Shown here: positions 1 through 8,355 of the stretch, one piece after another | Position numbering within the stretch: the stretch's first letter is position 1 | Layout of the letters: every line of letters starts with the position of its first letter | DNA from: a virus | Length of the DNA stretch: 64,000 nucleotides | Direction: 5' to 3' (one strand) | IMG/VR virus record: IMGVR_UViG_3300010383_000010 | Location: 241-64,240 of that record | Made by a program: the position numbers and the translations under genes | Notes under the pieces: model-generated | Seen by the model: only the letters and a program-made list of their open reading frames with translations | Told to the model about the DNA's origin: nothing | Database searches by the model: none

Positions 1-1197
1 GGCCGCTTAGCGAACGAAGCCGCGCTTGGTCTTAAGGCTGTTGCGACGTTTGACGAGGCTGCGGACTCCTATACAGCAACCGGGGCGCCTATCCGTTTTG
101 TACTGGACGTGCGCAAGACGGACGGAGCGGCAAGCGGGATTGCCGTATATTTCGCGGGTCGCAAGCTTGCCGACATTAAGCAGGCCGATTTGGATAAGGC
201 CGCCGCAGAACTTTACCCAGGCGCAAGCCGGGAGACGTTAATACGGCAAGTGTACACGCCGTTCATCGCGGTGTGGAATCACGCGGCACGCAAAGAGATG
301 TGCGACGTGCGCGTATGGGAGCGTCCGCGTAAAGCGAAGGGCACGAACGTTGTTCGCATGACACGCGCAGAGCGCAGCGGTACGGCGCCGGTTGAATATG
401 AGCACGCGGCGCGCTTTGTTGCGTCCATGTCACCGGACCCAGCAATGCTTATGACGTTCCTGTTTTACACAGGGCTGCGGCCCATCGAGGCGTTTGCGCT
501 GCAGGCGGAAGACGTCAACGTTGGCAAGCGGTGGTTTGTGGTGCGCAGCAGTAAGACGGGACAGCCGCGTGGCGTACCGCTGCACGATTTCCTGTGCGAG
601 TGGCTGCCGGCGCTTGTTGAACGTGACGGCGCACTATTCCGCACGCCACGCGGCGAGCCGTACGGCGAAGTGCAAGCCGGTGGTGGTGGCCTTAAGTCAG
701 CCATAGCAGGAGCGCGCGGGCGTTCTGGAATTAAGGACGTGTCTCCTTATACGGCCCGCCATACCGTATCGACGCAACTTGTCGTGGCCGGTGTGCATCC
801 GCATATCAAGGACCAGATACTTGGCCACGCAGCCGACGACATGAGCCGCCACTATACAAACGTGCCGCAAGCGGCGCTTATTGAGGCGATCAATAAGTTG
901 CCTGTGCCCGACGCCTGGCGAGCGCTGCCGTGGGTTGCGGCGCCGCTGGAATGGAGCGCGCGATTGAGCCGGGGCGTGACTGGCGGAAAAGAGGGCGAGG
1001 TGATTGCGCTGCGGCAGGCCGGAATGTCGCTTAAGCAGATTGCCGCCGTCGTCGCCATTTCGGAAGGCTCCGTCTTCGGGATTTTGCGGGATGCCGGCAT
1101 GACCGGGACAAACAAGGCGCGCGGCAAGCGGCAGAAGCTGGACGGCGTATCCGCCGAATCGAGCGCGGAAAAGACGCCCGCCAAGGCGAACGAATAA
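1..1197 (+). CDS. int: Tyrosine integrase (5' partial) with C-terminal HTH-like extension
   Basis: Frame open from base 1; catalytic signature GLRPIE, SSKTG, YTARHT, ILGH, RHYT; lies next to att core. Confidence 0.93.
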   Translation, partial: GRLANEAALGLKAVATFDEAADSYTATGAPIRFVLDVRKTDGAASGIAVYFAGRKLADIKQADLDKAAAELYPGASRETLIRQVYTPFIAVWNHAARKEMCDVRVWERPRKAKGTNVVRMTRAERSGTAPVEYEHAARFVASMSPDPAMLMTFLFYTGLRPIEAFALQAEDVNVGKRWFVVRSSKTGQPRGVPLHDFLCEWLPALVERDGALFRTPRGEPYGEVQAGGGGLKSAIAGARGRSGIKDVSPYTARHTVSTQLVVAGVHPHIKDQILGHAADDMSRHYTNVPQAALIEAINKLPVPDAWRALPWVAAPLEWSARLSRGVTGGKEGEVIALRQAGMSLKQIAAVVAISEGSVFGILRDAGMTGTNKARGKRQKLDGVSAESSAEKTPAKANE

Positions 1198-1207
1198 GGA
1201 ACAACTC

Positions 1208-1224
1208 CTGCACGCATTCTGCAC
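1208..1224 (+). repeat. Putative integrase arm-type site, left copy (CTGCACGCATTCTGCAC)
   Basis: 16/17 identical direct repeat with 1456-1472; the two copies flank the att core. Confidence 0.6.
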
Positions 1225-1348
1225 GTTTCGGTGTGCAATTCGGGTTTTGTTCCGCGCACTTCATGAAGGCGCACCAAACGACATGAAATGATAAATACGA
1301 CGCAAGCGCCACAACCCGTTGTTTTCGCTTGGTATTTTTATGAAGGAA

Positions 1349-1396
1349 TGGTGCTGCAAGAGAGGATTGAACTCTCGACCTCTCCCTTACCAAGGG
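1349..1396 (-). other. attP: attP core: 3' 48 nt of tRNA-Thr(GGT)
   Basis: Minus strand CCC-TTGGTAA-GGGAG AGGTC GAGAG-TTCAATC-CTCTC TTGCAGC A CCA gives anticodon loop, T-arm and acceptor 3' strand; D-arm and 5' half absent; just downstream of int. Confidence 0.9.
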
Positions 1397-1455
1397 TAGG
1401 GGTAAAAATTGCGAGTCCATACAACATATAGTTTCGCAGCGAGGCGCAGCGTGCA

Positions 1456-1472
1456 CTGCACGCATTTTGCAC
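1456..1472 (+). repeat. Putative integrase arm-type site, right copy (CTGCACGCATTTTGCAC)
   Basis: Direct repeat of 1208-1224. Confidence 0.6.
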
Positions 1473-1519
1473 ATAGTTGATTGTGCGGCAAATAGTTTCC
1501 TTGTTTCGGTGATAAGACT

Positions 1520-1762
1520 ATGTTCCTATCCTACATGTCCCACAACCCGCCACGAATCTGGTTCACCGATGAGCACAAGCGCGAGCTTGTCGCCTCCCTT
1601 GCCCGCCGACCGAAATGGCACACCGTAGAGGAATTAGCTAGGCTGATTGAAGCGCGCGCGGCGCAAGGATGGAATGTCGTGCTTACGCCCGGCACGGCGG
1701 ATTATGTGGCTAGGATGTTGAAGCGAATGACGGAGGGAGGATCTAGTGATGGCAAATTATAG
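1520..1762 (+). CDS. Hypothetical phage protein (80 aa)
   Basis: ATG ORF coupled to the next two ORFs. Confidence 0.6.
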   Translation: MFLSYMSHNPPRIWFTDEHKRELVASLARRPKWHTVEELARLIEARAAQGWNVVLTPGTADYVARMLKRMTEGGSSDGKL

Positions 1763-1958
1763 ACGCGACCTGAATGGCAGATACACCTATACGTCCTACC
1801 CGCCAACGCCGTCGCAGGCAGAAATCATCGAGTCGCTTGTGGCTGCGCTGGAAGGCTGTCGCACATTCTTCAATGACCTGAAGCGAGACGAAGCAGACGT
1901 CGATGAATTTTTGGAAACCATCGACTCCGCCCTCGCACTGGCGCGGAAGGGAGAGTGA
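1749..1958 (+). CDS. Hypothetical phage protein
   Basis: GGAGGGAGG RBS, overlapping operon arrangement. Confidence 0.65.
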   Translation: MANYRRDLNGRYTYTSYPPTPSQAEIIESLVAALEGCRTFFNDLKRDEADVDEFLETIDSALALARKGE

Positions 1959-2149
1959 TTGGGATGGCGATTGTCGAAATTAGCGAAGACGACTTGTGGC
2001 TGTTGGCATCGGCGGCCGAAAACATTCGGGGCGGCTCGCAAAATGAAGAACGACGGGTTGAAGCCGCGTTTAGGATTGCGAGCAAACTTGACGATCTGAG
2101 GCGCCGCATAGACGCAGCCCTTATTGCGCAGCCGTCCGGCGTGCAATAA
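1955..2149 (+). CDS. Hypothetical phage protein
   Basis: GTGA overlap, RBS GGAAGGGAG, followed by terminator. Confidence 0.6.
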   Translation: MIGMAIVEISEDDLWLLASAAENIRGGSQNEERRVEAAFRIASKLDDLRRRIDAALIAQPSGVQ

Positions 2150-2175
2150 TCCCCTGCCATCACTCTTCCCAACAC

Positions 2176-2200
2176 AGCCCGCCCAGCGGGCTTTCTTTTT
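2176..2200 (+). terminator. Rho-independent terminator
   Basis: AGCCCGC-CCA-GCGGGCT followed by TTCTTTTT. Confidence 0.7.
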
Positions 2201-2622
2201 GCCCTCTTCTCTGCTGCCGCCAGCCACCCATTTCACGAAAAGTAACCATACTGCAACACTGCTGTTGCTAACTGCCACGGCTCGCCGTTGGCCCTTGCAT
2301 CGGTGGTCCTACCACTTATGGTGAATGTGGGTGTCGTAACCCAATAGAGTCGGCGATCGAGGGAAGCCGACTAGGCGCTTGCTCGGCGGCAGCGCGCGTC
2401 CTGGCCCAACGGCCGGGGGCGGTGCGCTATGTCCAAGCGAAAGCTAAAAGCTACCGGCCGGTCGCCGAACCGGTTACGACCCCCCGGCTTGCGCCGTGAC
2501 CGCCTGCCGGCGGCTAGACGCGCAAGTTGAAGAAGCATTGAGATGCGGACTGGCGCAGAGCTTGGTGTCGTGACTTGCGACCGCACAGGCGCCCAACAGC
2601 AACAACAACCAGGAAGCAGGAA

Positions 2623-2826
2623 ATGAAACGTAATGGGTTGCCGTGTGTATGCGCGGCTGGCATGGGCGAACGCAACACCGAAGACATACCGTGCAAGATG
2701 CGCGACGGAGCAAAGGGCAGGAGCGCTATTCGCGCCATATGGGACGACAAGGGCCGATGGCTTGTCCACTGGCGCGAAGCGAACGGCGAAGAGTGGGTCG
2801 GCACTTATAGGCTCGTGCCTATGTAG
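2623..2826 (+). CDS. Hypothetical protein (67 aa)
   Basis: RBS AGGAAGCAGGAA before ATG 2623. Confidence 0.55.
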   Translation: MKRNGLPCVCAAGMGERNTEDIPCKMRDGAKGRSAIRAIWDDKGRWLVHWREANGEEWVGTYRLVPM

Positions 2827-2863
2827 AAGATGGCAACAAGCGGCCCGTTGCATTAAGTGGCGC

Positions 2864-2892
2864 TTGCTACGAGTGACGGGCCGCGCTATAGC
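2864..2892 (+). promoter_or_regulatory. Putative sigma70 promoter
   Basis: TTGCTA-N17-TATAGC about 30 nt upstream of the 2920 ORF. Confidence 0.4.
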
Positions 2893-2919
2893 CGGGCCAT
2901 ACACAACGGGGATATGTGC

Positions 2920-3327
2920 ATGGCCGTCGATGATATTAAGAAGCTGCGTCCGGAGTTGCTCGACAAGAGCATAGCGGAGTTGGAGCGACAGCAGAACGAA
3001 CTGGCGCTGGCGATTGCGCACAAACAGCGCGAGGCGGAGGTGTCCGCCAAGAAAGACTTGGCTGACGAAGCCAACCGCCACATAGACGCCGTTAATGAGG
3101 GCGTGAAGTTCCTTCAGGGGATTGGCCAACTGCCGGCCAGGATCGCGGCTGGCTTTACCCGCGAAAGCGACGGCATGTTCTCGCCGTCCATGTTTCTGCG
3201 CCACATTACCGCGGAGTCGCTGTTGACGTCGGCGCTGACTGGTAACCGCCCTAAAAGGAAGCGTCGCAGTAAGGCGGAGATGGAGGCCGCGCGTGCGGCC
3301 GGTGAGCCAGCTAGGCGGCGTAGGTAG
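2920..3327 (+). CDS. Coiled-coil protein with basic C-terminal tail (possible nucleoid-associated protein)
   Basis: N-terminal heptad-like helix IAELERQQNELALAIAHKQREAE; C-terminal RPKRKRRSKAEMEAARAAGEPARRRR. Confidence 0.7.
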   Translation: MAVDDIKKLRPELLDKSIAELERQQNELALAIAHKQREAEVSAKKDLADEANRHIDAVNEGVKFLQGIGQLPARIAAGFTRESDGMFSPSMFLRHITAESLLTSALTGNRPKRKRRSKAEMEAARAAGEPARRRR

Positions 3328-3356
3328 AAAGAAAAAAGGGCGCCAACTGGCGCCCT
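3328..3356 (-). terminator. Rho-independent terminator for the leftward operon and tRNA-Gln
   Basis: AGGGCGCC-AACT-GGCGCCCT hairpin with A-run on its left (U-run on minus strand). Confidence 0.7.
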
Positions 3357-3388
3357 AGTTGTTTGTGCTGAGGGAGTGCACAAATTGC

Positions 3389-3462
3389 TGGTTCCCGCCC
3401 GTGGATTCGAACCACGATTCACGGCGTCAAAGGCCGATGTCCTACCATTAGACGAAGCGGGA
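3389..3462 (-). tRNA. tRNA-Gln(TTG)
   Basis: 74-nt cloverleaf: acceptor TCCCGCT/GGCGGGA, anticodon loop CTTTGAC, T-loop TTCGAAT, encoded CCA. Confidence 0.93.
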
Positions 3463-3490
3463 TTATAAGAAGGTGGCGACTGGCTTATAA

Positions 3491-3742
3491 CTAGGCCGCC
3501 ACCTTCGCCTTCTCAAGAAGAACTATTTGATCCTCGTTCATCCATCCGCCCATGACGCCCGCACCGTATAGATACTGAAAGCACCCCTTGTCGTGGTTGT
3601 AGCGGACGTCACGTATCCAAAAGTGATGATTTTGGTATGAGCCATAATATATTTCCATATAGTCGCCGACGCCATACTTAGGCGTCGCGGCTACTTCTTC
3701 GTCGCGTTCAACCACTCTCGTTATTGTCACAACTGTTTTCAC
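3491..3742 (-). CDS. Hypothetical phage protein
   Basis: GTGA overlap with upstream gene; SH3/KOW-like PKYGVGD start. Confidence 0.65.
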   Translation of the reverse strand: MKTVVTITRVVERDEEVAATPKYGVGDYMEIYYGSYQNHHFWIRDVRYNHDKGCFQYLYGAGVMGGWMNEDQIVLLEKAKVAA

Positions 3743-4095
3743 GCCACCACCCCATTCAACTCCGCCCCGCAGAGTGCATAGCCCACAAGATCCACAAAGC
3801 TATCGCGATGATCGGGAGTCTCGGCCAGCCGCGCCTCTTTCATGAGCCGCATCAAGGGCGCAACGTCCTTGGCGGATATGTCAACGTCGCGGCCCGTGTT
3901 CTTGAAATACGCATCCCAAAAGCGGGCAATCCTCTCGAAATTATCTTCCGGCTTGCCGTATGCCGATCGGCGTGCGCCGTTGACTATCTTCTTCGCCTCG
4001 TCGGCAATGGCCGTCTTGACGTCGGGCCGCGCTAGCACCTGGTCGCAGAAGGATTCTTCGTTGTTGTTGTCTACTGCTCTTGCCATGATTTTCAT
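3739..4095 (-). CDS. DUF6378-family protein
   Basis: Motif GARRSAYGKPEDNFERIARFW...MRLMKEARL...DHRDSFVDLVGYA. Confidence 0.8.
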   Translation of the reverse strand: MKIMARAVDNNNEESFCDQVLARPDVKTAIADEAKKIVNGARRSAYGKPEDNFERIARFWDAYFKNTGRDVDISAKDVAPLMRLMKEARLAETPDHRDSFVDLVGYALCGAELNGVVA

Positions 4096-4355
4096 CCCGC
4101 CACCTGTTCGTTGAGCGCGGCGTCCAGTGCGTGCCCCACCGCGCACTCCTGACATTCCATGTACCATTCGTGCGTCTCTTTGAGATGCTGGTGCATCGCC
4201 TCGATAGCGGCGCGGGCCACCAAAACAAAGTCGACTTCTCCCTGGTCGAGCCACGCCAGTTTCAGATCGTCGCCAAGATTAATTTCCTCATAATCTTGGC
4301 GACCTATTTCTGTCGCCACAGCCCGCGCCACACGTTCCACCATACTCTCACACAT
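4092..4355 (-). CDS. Hypothetical phage protein
   Basis: MVERVARA...ARAAIEAM pattern common in phage accessory genes; coupled overlaps. Confidence 0.7.
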   Translation of the reverse strand: MCESMVERVARAVATEIGRQDYEEINLGDDLKLAWLDQGEVDFVLVARAAIEAMHQHLKETHEWYMECQECAVGHALDAALNEQVAG

Positions 4356-4719
4356 CTTCCGTCTCCTTCACGCGCTTCGGCTCCGGCAACGGTCCGTCAG
4401 GATGCAAGGGGCCTTCGTCGCCCTGAACCGGCAAGTCGGGATCCTTTGCAAGTTGCCGCAGGAACTCAAGCGGGTTGCTCACAAGCGGACGAAAACGACG
4501 CGCCGCGAATGGCGGATCGTCATAGCCGTAAGTTGGGTCAATGCCGCGGTCGACGCCCTCTAGCCGCACGCCAAGATAATCGCCGTCGACGTAGCTGGTG
4601 AACATACCAACCCACCGCAGCTTATAGACGGCGCCTTCGGTGATGCCCTGCGGAATCGTCACGCGCTCGAACTTGTCGTCGACGCACACAACGTCCTGGC
4701 CTGCGTAAAATTGGTTCAA
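4348..4719 (-). CDS. Hypothetical phage protein (TTG start)
   Basis: GGAGG RBS before TTG; FYAGQDVVCVDD start. Confidence 0.7.
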   Translation of the reverse strand: MNQFYAGQDVVCVDDKFERVTIPQGITEGAVYKLRWVGMFTSYVDGDYLGVRLEGVDRGIDPTYGYDDPPFAARRFRPLVSNPLEFLRQLAKDPDLPVQGDEGPLHPDGPLPEPKRVKETEDV

Positions 4720-4844
4720 ATCACCCTCCTTCCGCACTTCACGCGATAGCGCGGCTTGCTATGCCAGACGAAGCCTACCGGCTGGACGAAATGCACGTCG
4801 TCAACCGTGAAGGACGGAATGGTTAGGCGTTCGATCCAGTACAT
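4716..4844 (-). CDS. Small hypothetical protein (42 aa)
   Basis: Fills gap with start/stop overlaps on both sides. Confidence 0.4.
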   Translation of the reverse strand: MYWIERLTIPSFTVDDVHFVQPVGFVWHSKPRYRVKCGRRVI

Positions 4845-5053
4845 TAGGCCACCTCCTCCACTGGAGTGATGGGCGCCCAATGCGTGTAACCGCCCTTGGC
4901 TGCGTTCCCGCAAACGATGTAGTCAATATTGCTCACATGGTAGGCGTGGCCCGGAAAGTCCTCTTGGGCGGCCAGCAGCGGGCTGTAAATCAGCACGCTC
5001 GGCCTATTCGCCTCGCCGGGCAACACGTCTTCAATCTTTCGCCAATCAGTCAC
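4844..5053 (-). CDS. Hypothetical protein (DUF551-like)
   Basis: MTDWRKIED start and THWAPI end. Confidence 0.6.
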   Translation of the reverse strand: MTDWRKIEDVLPGEANRPSVLIYSPLLAAQEDFPGHAYHVSNIDYIVCGNAAKGGYTHWAPITPVEEVA

Positions 5054-5232
5054 GCCGCTTCCTCCACCTCAATATCCTCCGCCTCATCGCCCATCATCAC
5101 CGCCATGACGTTGAACGCCTCGACCGCATCGCGCGCTTGGCTGGCGGTAAGCGTCTCAACTACCGGCCCGACACTTACGGCCAGTTGCCCGGCAACGCGC
5201 CGTAAGGTGAAGGTATCTGTGATGCGGATCAT
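5050..5232 (-). CDS. Hypothetical protein
   Basis: ATGA overlaps. Confidence 0.6.
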   Translation of the reverse strand: MIRITDTFTLRRVAGQLAVSVGPVVETLTASQARDAVEAFNVMAVMMGDEAEDIEVEEAA

Positions 5233-5447
5233 TGGGCGTCACCAAGGATAGCCGCGCGCATATCGCCAGCATGAAGCGGAACCCATTCGGCGCGCTCCTC
5301 CGCCACCTCCGCACACCGCTTGCGCTCACGCCAAAGCTCCCTCGCAATCTCATTCCGCATAGCCGTGCTGTAACCCGTGTCGGTCGCCCAATGACAGCGC
5401 ACTACGCGCATGGCTGCTTCCATAATATCCTTCGGCATCACCGCCAT
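5229..5447 (-). CDS. Hypothetical protein
   Basis: GGAGGG RBS, coupled overlaps. Confidence 0.55.
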   Translation of the reverse strand: MAVMPKDIMEAAMRVVRCHWATDTGYSTAMRNEIARELWRERKRCAEVAEERAEWVPLHAGDMRAAILGDAQ

Positions 5448-6373
5448 CACCCCACCCTCCTTTGCTGTTGCCGCACGCGCTGGATTTCGCGGAAGGCGCG
5501 AAGGAACTCCGCTTCGGCGCGCTGCGGATTCCAATATTCAAGCGCGACGCCAAGCGGATCGTCGTGCTTGTCGTGCCAAGCCATAGGCGTCATATTCTGC
5601 CGGATTTCATCGGCCAGGATTCGATTGTCCGCCTCATGGACGGTTACAGGCAGATCGTCCTCAAAGCCGGTAAGCTCAAACCGATCCGCTATGACGCCCC
5701 ACAGCCGGCTTTCCGCTTCCTTGTATTCGGGAAGGGAGCGCTTCACCGGGCGCGGCAGATCGACGAGATACGCCTCTGTGGCATCGTGAAGAAGCCCAGC
5801 CAGCCGAACGCCGGGCGCGTAGTTTTGCGCCAGCAGCCATCTGTAGATGTGCACCGAATGTTCTGCTACGGAATAGAACTGATATCCGTGGCCACCATAT
5901 CGGCAAAGCATCGAAAGCGCGTGGGCGATGTCCTCGATGTGGATTTCGTCTGGCCGTGCATCGAGCGGATAGAACTCGACGCCGGTCCAGGTTTGCATGA
6001 AGGATCCCTTGCGCTTAGTGGCGTCAGCAACCGGGCGCAAGTTGTCGTTGTCCGAAGTTTGTATGCGTTGTTCGGACACACCCTCCACCGCAAGGCGGGC
6101 GGCGGTGTCCGAAGATTGTGGTAGCGACCAATCATCCCAGCGAACGGAGCGCGGATTCTTGTAACTGCTCGGCACGCGGGTTTTGTTGAACCCCTCACGA
6201 TAACCCTTCGCATGTGAATATTCCGGCGATGCCTGAACGTAGAGATAATGGTTAGGCGGGCGGCCCTCCGATTTATCTGCAGCACCTTCGCGTTTGCCTT
6301 GCTCGTACATGCGCACGCCCTCTGCGGCGTAGTCATAGTGGCTGTAATCTGGCGCTCCAAATTCACACCGCAT
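5447..6373 (-). CDS. HD-domain phosphohydrolase (YfbR/YfdR-like) with N-terminal extension
   Basis: IEDIAHALSMLCRYGGH, YSVAEHS, GLLHDATEAYLVD, EADNRILADE. Confidence 0.88.
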   Translation of the reverse strand: MRCEFGAPDYSHYDYAAEGVRMYEQGKREGAADKSEGRPPNHYLYVQASPEYSHAKGYREGFNKTRVPSSYKNPRSVRWDDWSLPQSSDTAARLAVEGVSEQRIQTSDNDNLRPVADATKRKGSFMQTWTGVEFYPLDARPDEIHIEDIAHALSMLCRYGGHGYQFYSVAEHSVHIYRWLLAQNYAPGVRLAGLLHDATEAYLVDLPRPVKRSLPEYKEAESRLWGVIADRFELTGFEDDLPVTVHEADNRILADEIRQNMTPMAWHDKHDDPLGVALEYWNPQRAEAEFLRAFREIQRVRQQQRRVG

Positions 6374-7647
6374 CACGCCGCCCTCCGTTCCTGATTGTCG
6401 TTCGCCGCCGTTGCCGCAGCGGCCTCGCGCTTCGCCGCACCAGCCACCATGCCGGGCGTCAGTGTCAGCCTCGCCACCTCGCCATGCGCCTTGCTGTATG
6501 TGATGACCTTGGCGCTGCGACCCGACAGCCACCCGCCGTTCGCCGCATAGGCATCCGGTGCGGCAAGCGTTTCGTGCCGCTCGACCTTCATGAGGTTGGT
6601 GGTCTTCAACTCATCCGAATGCAGATGGCCGAGGTGCGCATACGAATATTTCGTGCTGCCGTAGATTTCGCGGTAGCGGCCAGCGAACACCGAATCCACG
6701 TTGCCAATCTTGCGGCGGTGGCCGTGGTGCAGGAACAGCGACACGTCGCCGTGCTTGTAGGCGTAATATGTGCCAGCCGAGTCGTCAACGGTAATACGCG
6801 GCTCGTCCTCATAGTGGGCCGCCATCCAGCCGCGAAGCCAGCTTTCGCTTGCCGGATCGTGGTTGGCGTCCGCCATCACGATATGCACAAACTTGTGCTT
6901 GGTGAGTAACCGCCGAACAATCTTGCGCACGACGCGGATAGCAACCCGCACCATCTTATCGAACCGCGAGTCGCCGTCGAGCACATGCCGGTTGGTCGGC
7001 GTCACCGACTCGAAGCCATCCCAATGCAGCAAGTCGCCCAACTGCGCCAGGATTGCTGTCTCGGAAGGCGGCGCAAGCTCGATAGCCGCCGCAAACCAGT
7101 CGTCGATAAGCTGCTCGGCCAGTTTGAGGTCGTAGTCCGCGCTGCCGGTTTCTTCCGACCATGCCAGCGAGCCGAGATGGACGTCTGTAAGGACATAGAG
7201 ATTCAACAGCGTGTCGACGGTGTATGCGGGCGGACTGGTTGGCTCTGCGCGCGGCAGGCTTTCCGCAAAAGCTGCCGACGCAGCTTCCATTGCTGCCTTG
7301 CGCGCGGCAACGTCCGGCTCTGCGATTTTCCATCCGCCCTTCCAGCGCCCGTCCGCATCGACCATGCCGGAAATGCGCTTCCAATCGAAGCCATCGGGAA
7401 GCTCGAAAACTTCACCCGGCTCTTTGGCCTGCCGGATCCATGTTCCGTCGTCTGTCTTTTTCGACAACTCCTTAATCACATAACCCGGCATCGTCTCGAC
7501 GCCCGGCTTCACAAGCCCGCGCTCGGCAGCTTTGCGGAGGCGGTTCTGGAACGTGCTGCGCGCAATGCCAAGGCGGGAAGCGGCTTCGCTGTCGCTATTG
7601 CAGGCCGCGCGCATAAGCGCGGCTTCCATAGCGAGGTCGTCGGTCAT
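6373..7647 (-). CDS. Calcineurin-like metallophosphoesterase with N-terminal HTH
   Basis: TDVHLG, LGDLLHWD, ANHD, LHHGH, GHLH metal motifs; N-terminal ASRLGIARSTFQNRL. Confidence 0.85.
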   Translation of the reverse strand: MTDDLAMEAALMRAACNSDSEAASRLGIARSTFQNRLRKAAERGLVKPGVETMPGYVIKELSKKTDDGTWIRQAKEPGEVFELPDGFDWKRISGMVDADGRWKGGWKIAEPDVAARKAAMEAASAAFAESLPRAEPTSPPAYTVDTLLNLYVLTDVHLGSLAWSEETGSADYDLKLAEQLIDDWFAAAIELAPPSETAILAQLGDLLHWDGFESVTPTNRHVLDGDSRFDKMVRVAIRVVRKIVRRLLTKHKFVHIVMADANHDPASESWLRGWMAAHYEDEPRITVDDSAGTYYAYKHGDVSLFLHHGHRRKIGNVDSVFAGRYREIYGSTKYSYAHLGHLHSDELKTTNLMKVERHETLAAPDAYAANGGWLSGRSAKVITYSKAHGEVARLTLTPGMVAGAAKREAAAATAANDNQERRAA

Positions 7648-7648
7648 T

Positions 7649-7819
7649 TCAGTTGCCAATGGATGGCTCCTTGGTCTGCGGAAATCGCTTGTCGAATTGC
7701 TTCAGGCATTCGTCTGCCCAACTCGTTGGGGATTCAATGCGCGCGCAATTGCTCGACCGCGCAACAGCAATCCATGCGTCCAACCAGGCCCGTTCGCGGC
7801 TCGGCACGTCCTTATTCAA
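7649..7819 (-). CDS. Hypothetical protein (TTG start)
   Basis: GGAGG RBS; operon coupling. Confidence 0.55.
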   Translation of the reverse strand: MNKDVPSRERAWLDAWIAVARSSNCARIESPTSWADECLKQFDKRFPQTKEPSIGN

Positions 7820-7968
7820 ATCACCCTCCATCCAACAATATCGCTAGCCGCCCCGGTATGCGCCCAATCGACAGCACAACCGGCCGGCAGTTCAACGGTG
7901 CGGCCATCCCTGCGTCGCACCGCTACGCTCGCCTGTGTGGGCGCCTCACCGCCCGCCCATGGCGTCAT
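7816..7968 (-). CDS. Hypothetical protein
   Basis: W...V.VR.RDG...DW.H...DIVGWRV pattern; coupled overlaps. Confidence 0.55.
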   Translation of the reverse strand: MTPWAGGEAPTQASVAVRRRDGRTVELPAGCAVDWAHTGAASDIVGWRVI

Positions 7969-8159
7969 GGCACCACCGGATCCATGAATGTTACCGCGCT
8001 TGGCCAGCGGCCCGCCGCTTGGGCGTAGTCGGGCACTTCCCAACTGCGCTGGTCGTCGCTGTCTAGCGATAGCCATTCTTCCCATTCCTCTGATTTGTCT
8101 ACTTGCACGACGTACCAGTGAGCGTCGTTGTCGCGGGTTAGGTAGTGGCGGCTAGTCAT
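7965..8159 (-). CDS. Hypothetical protein
   Basis: Coupled overlaps. Confidence 0.6.
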   Translation of the reverse strand: MTSRHYLTRDNDAHWYVVQVDKSEEWEEWLSLDSDDQRSWEVPDYAQAAGRWPSAVTFMDPVVP

Positions 8160-8355
8160 CTTCTTCGATAACCCGCCATGCGGCGCCGTCGAGGAAGGCG
8201 CAGCCAATGGGTCGCACGTCAATCTTTATGCCGGTATCGTCCTTGATTAGGCAAAGGCTGCCATAGTCGCCAAAAAACGCGTACCGTTTGCCGGCCGTTA
8301 GATACGGCACCTCTTCCGGTATGCTATCCGCCACAAGGTACTTCTTAGCCATCAC
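8152..8355 (-). CDS. Hypothetical protein
   Basis: GGAGG RBS, coupled overlaps. Confidence 0.6.
   Translation of the reverse strand: MMAKKYLVADSIPEEVPYLTAGKRYAFFGDYGSLCLIKDDTGIKIDVRPIGCAFLDGAAWRVIEEDD

Noticed and set aside
1349-1396. Functional tRNA-Thr gene
   Set aside because: Only the 3' half is present; the 5' acceptor strand and D-arm are missing, so it is an att core
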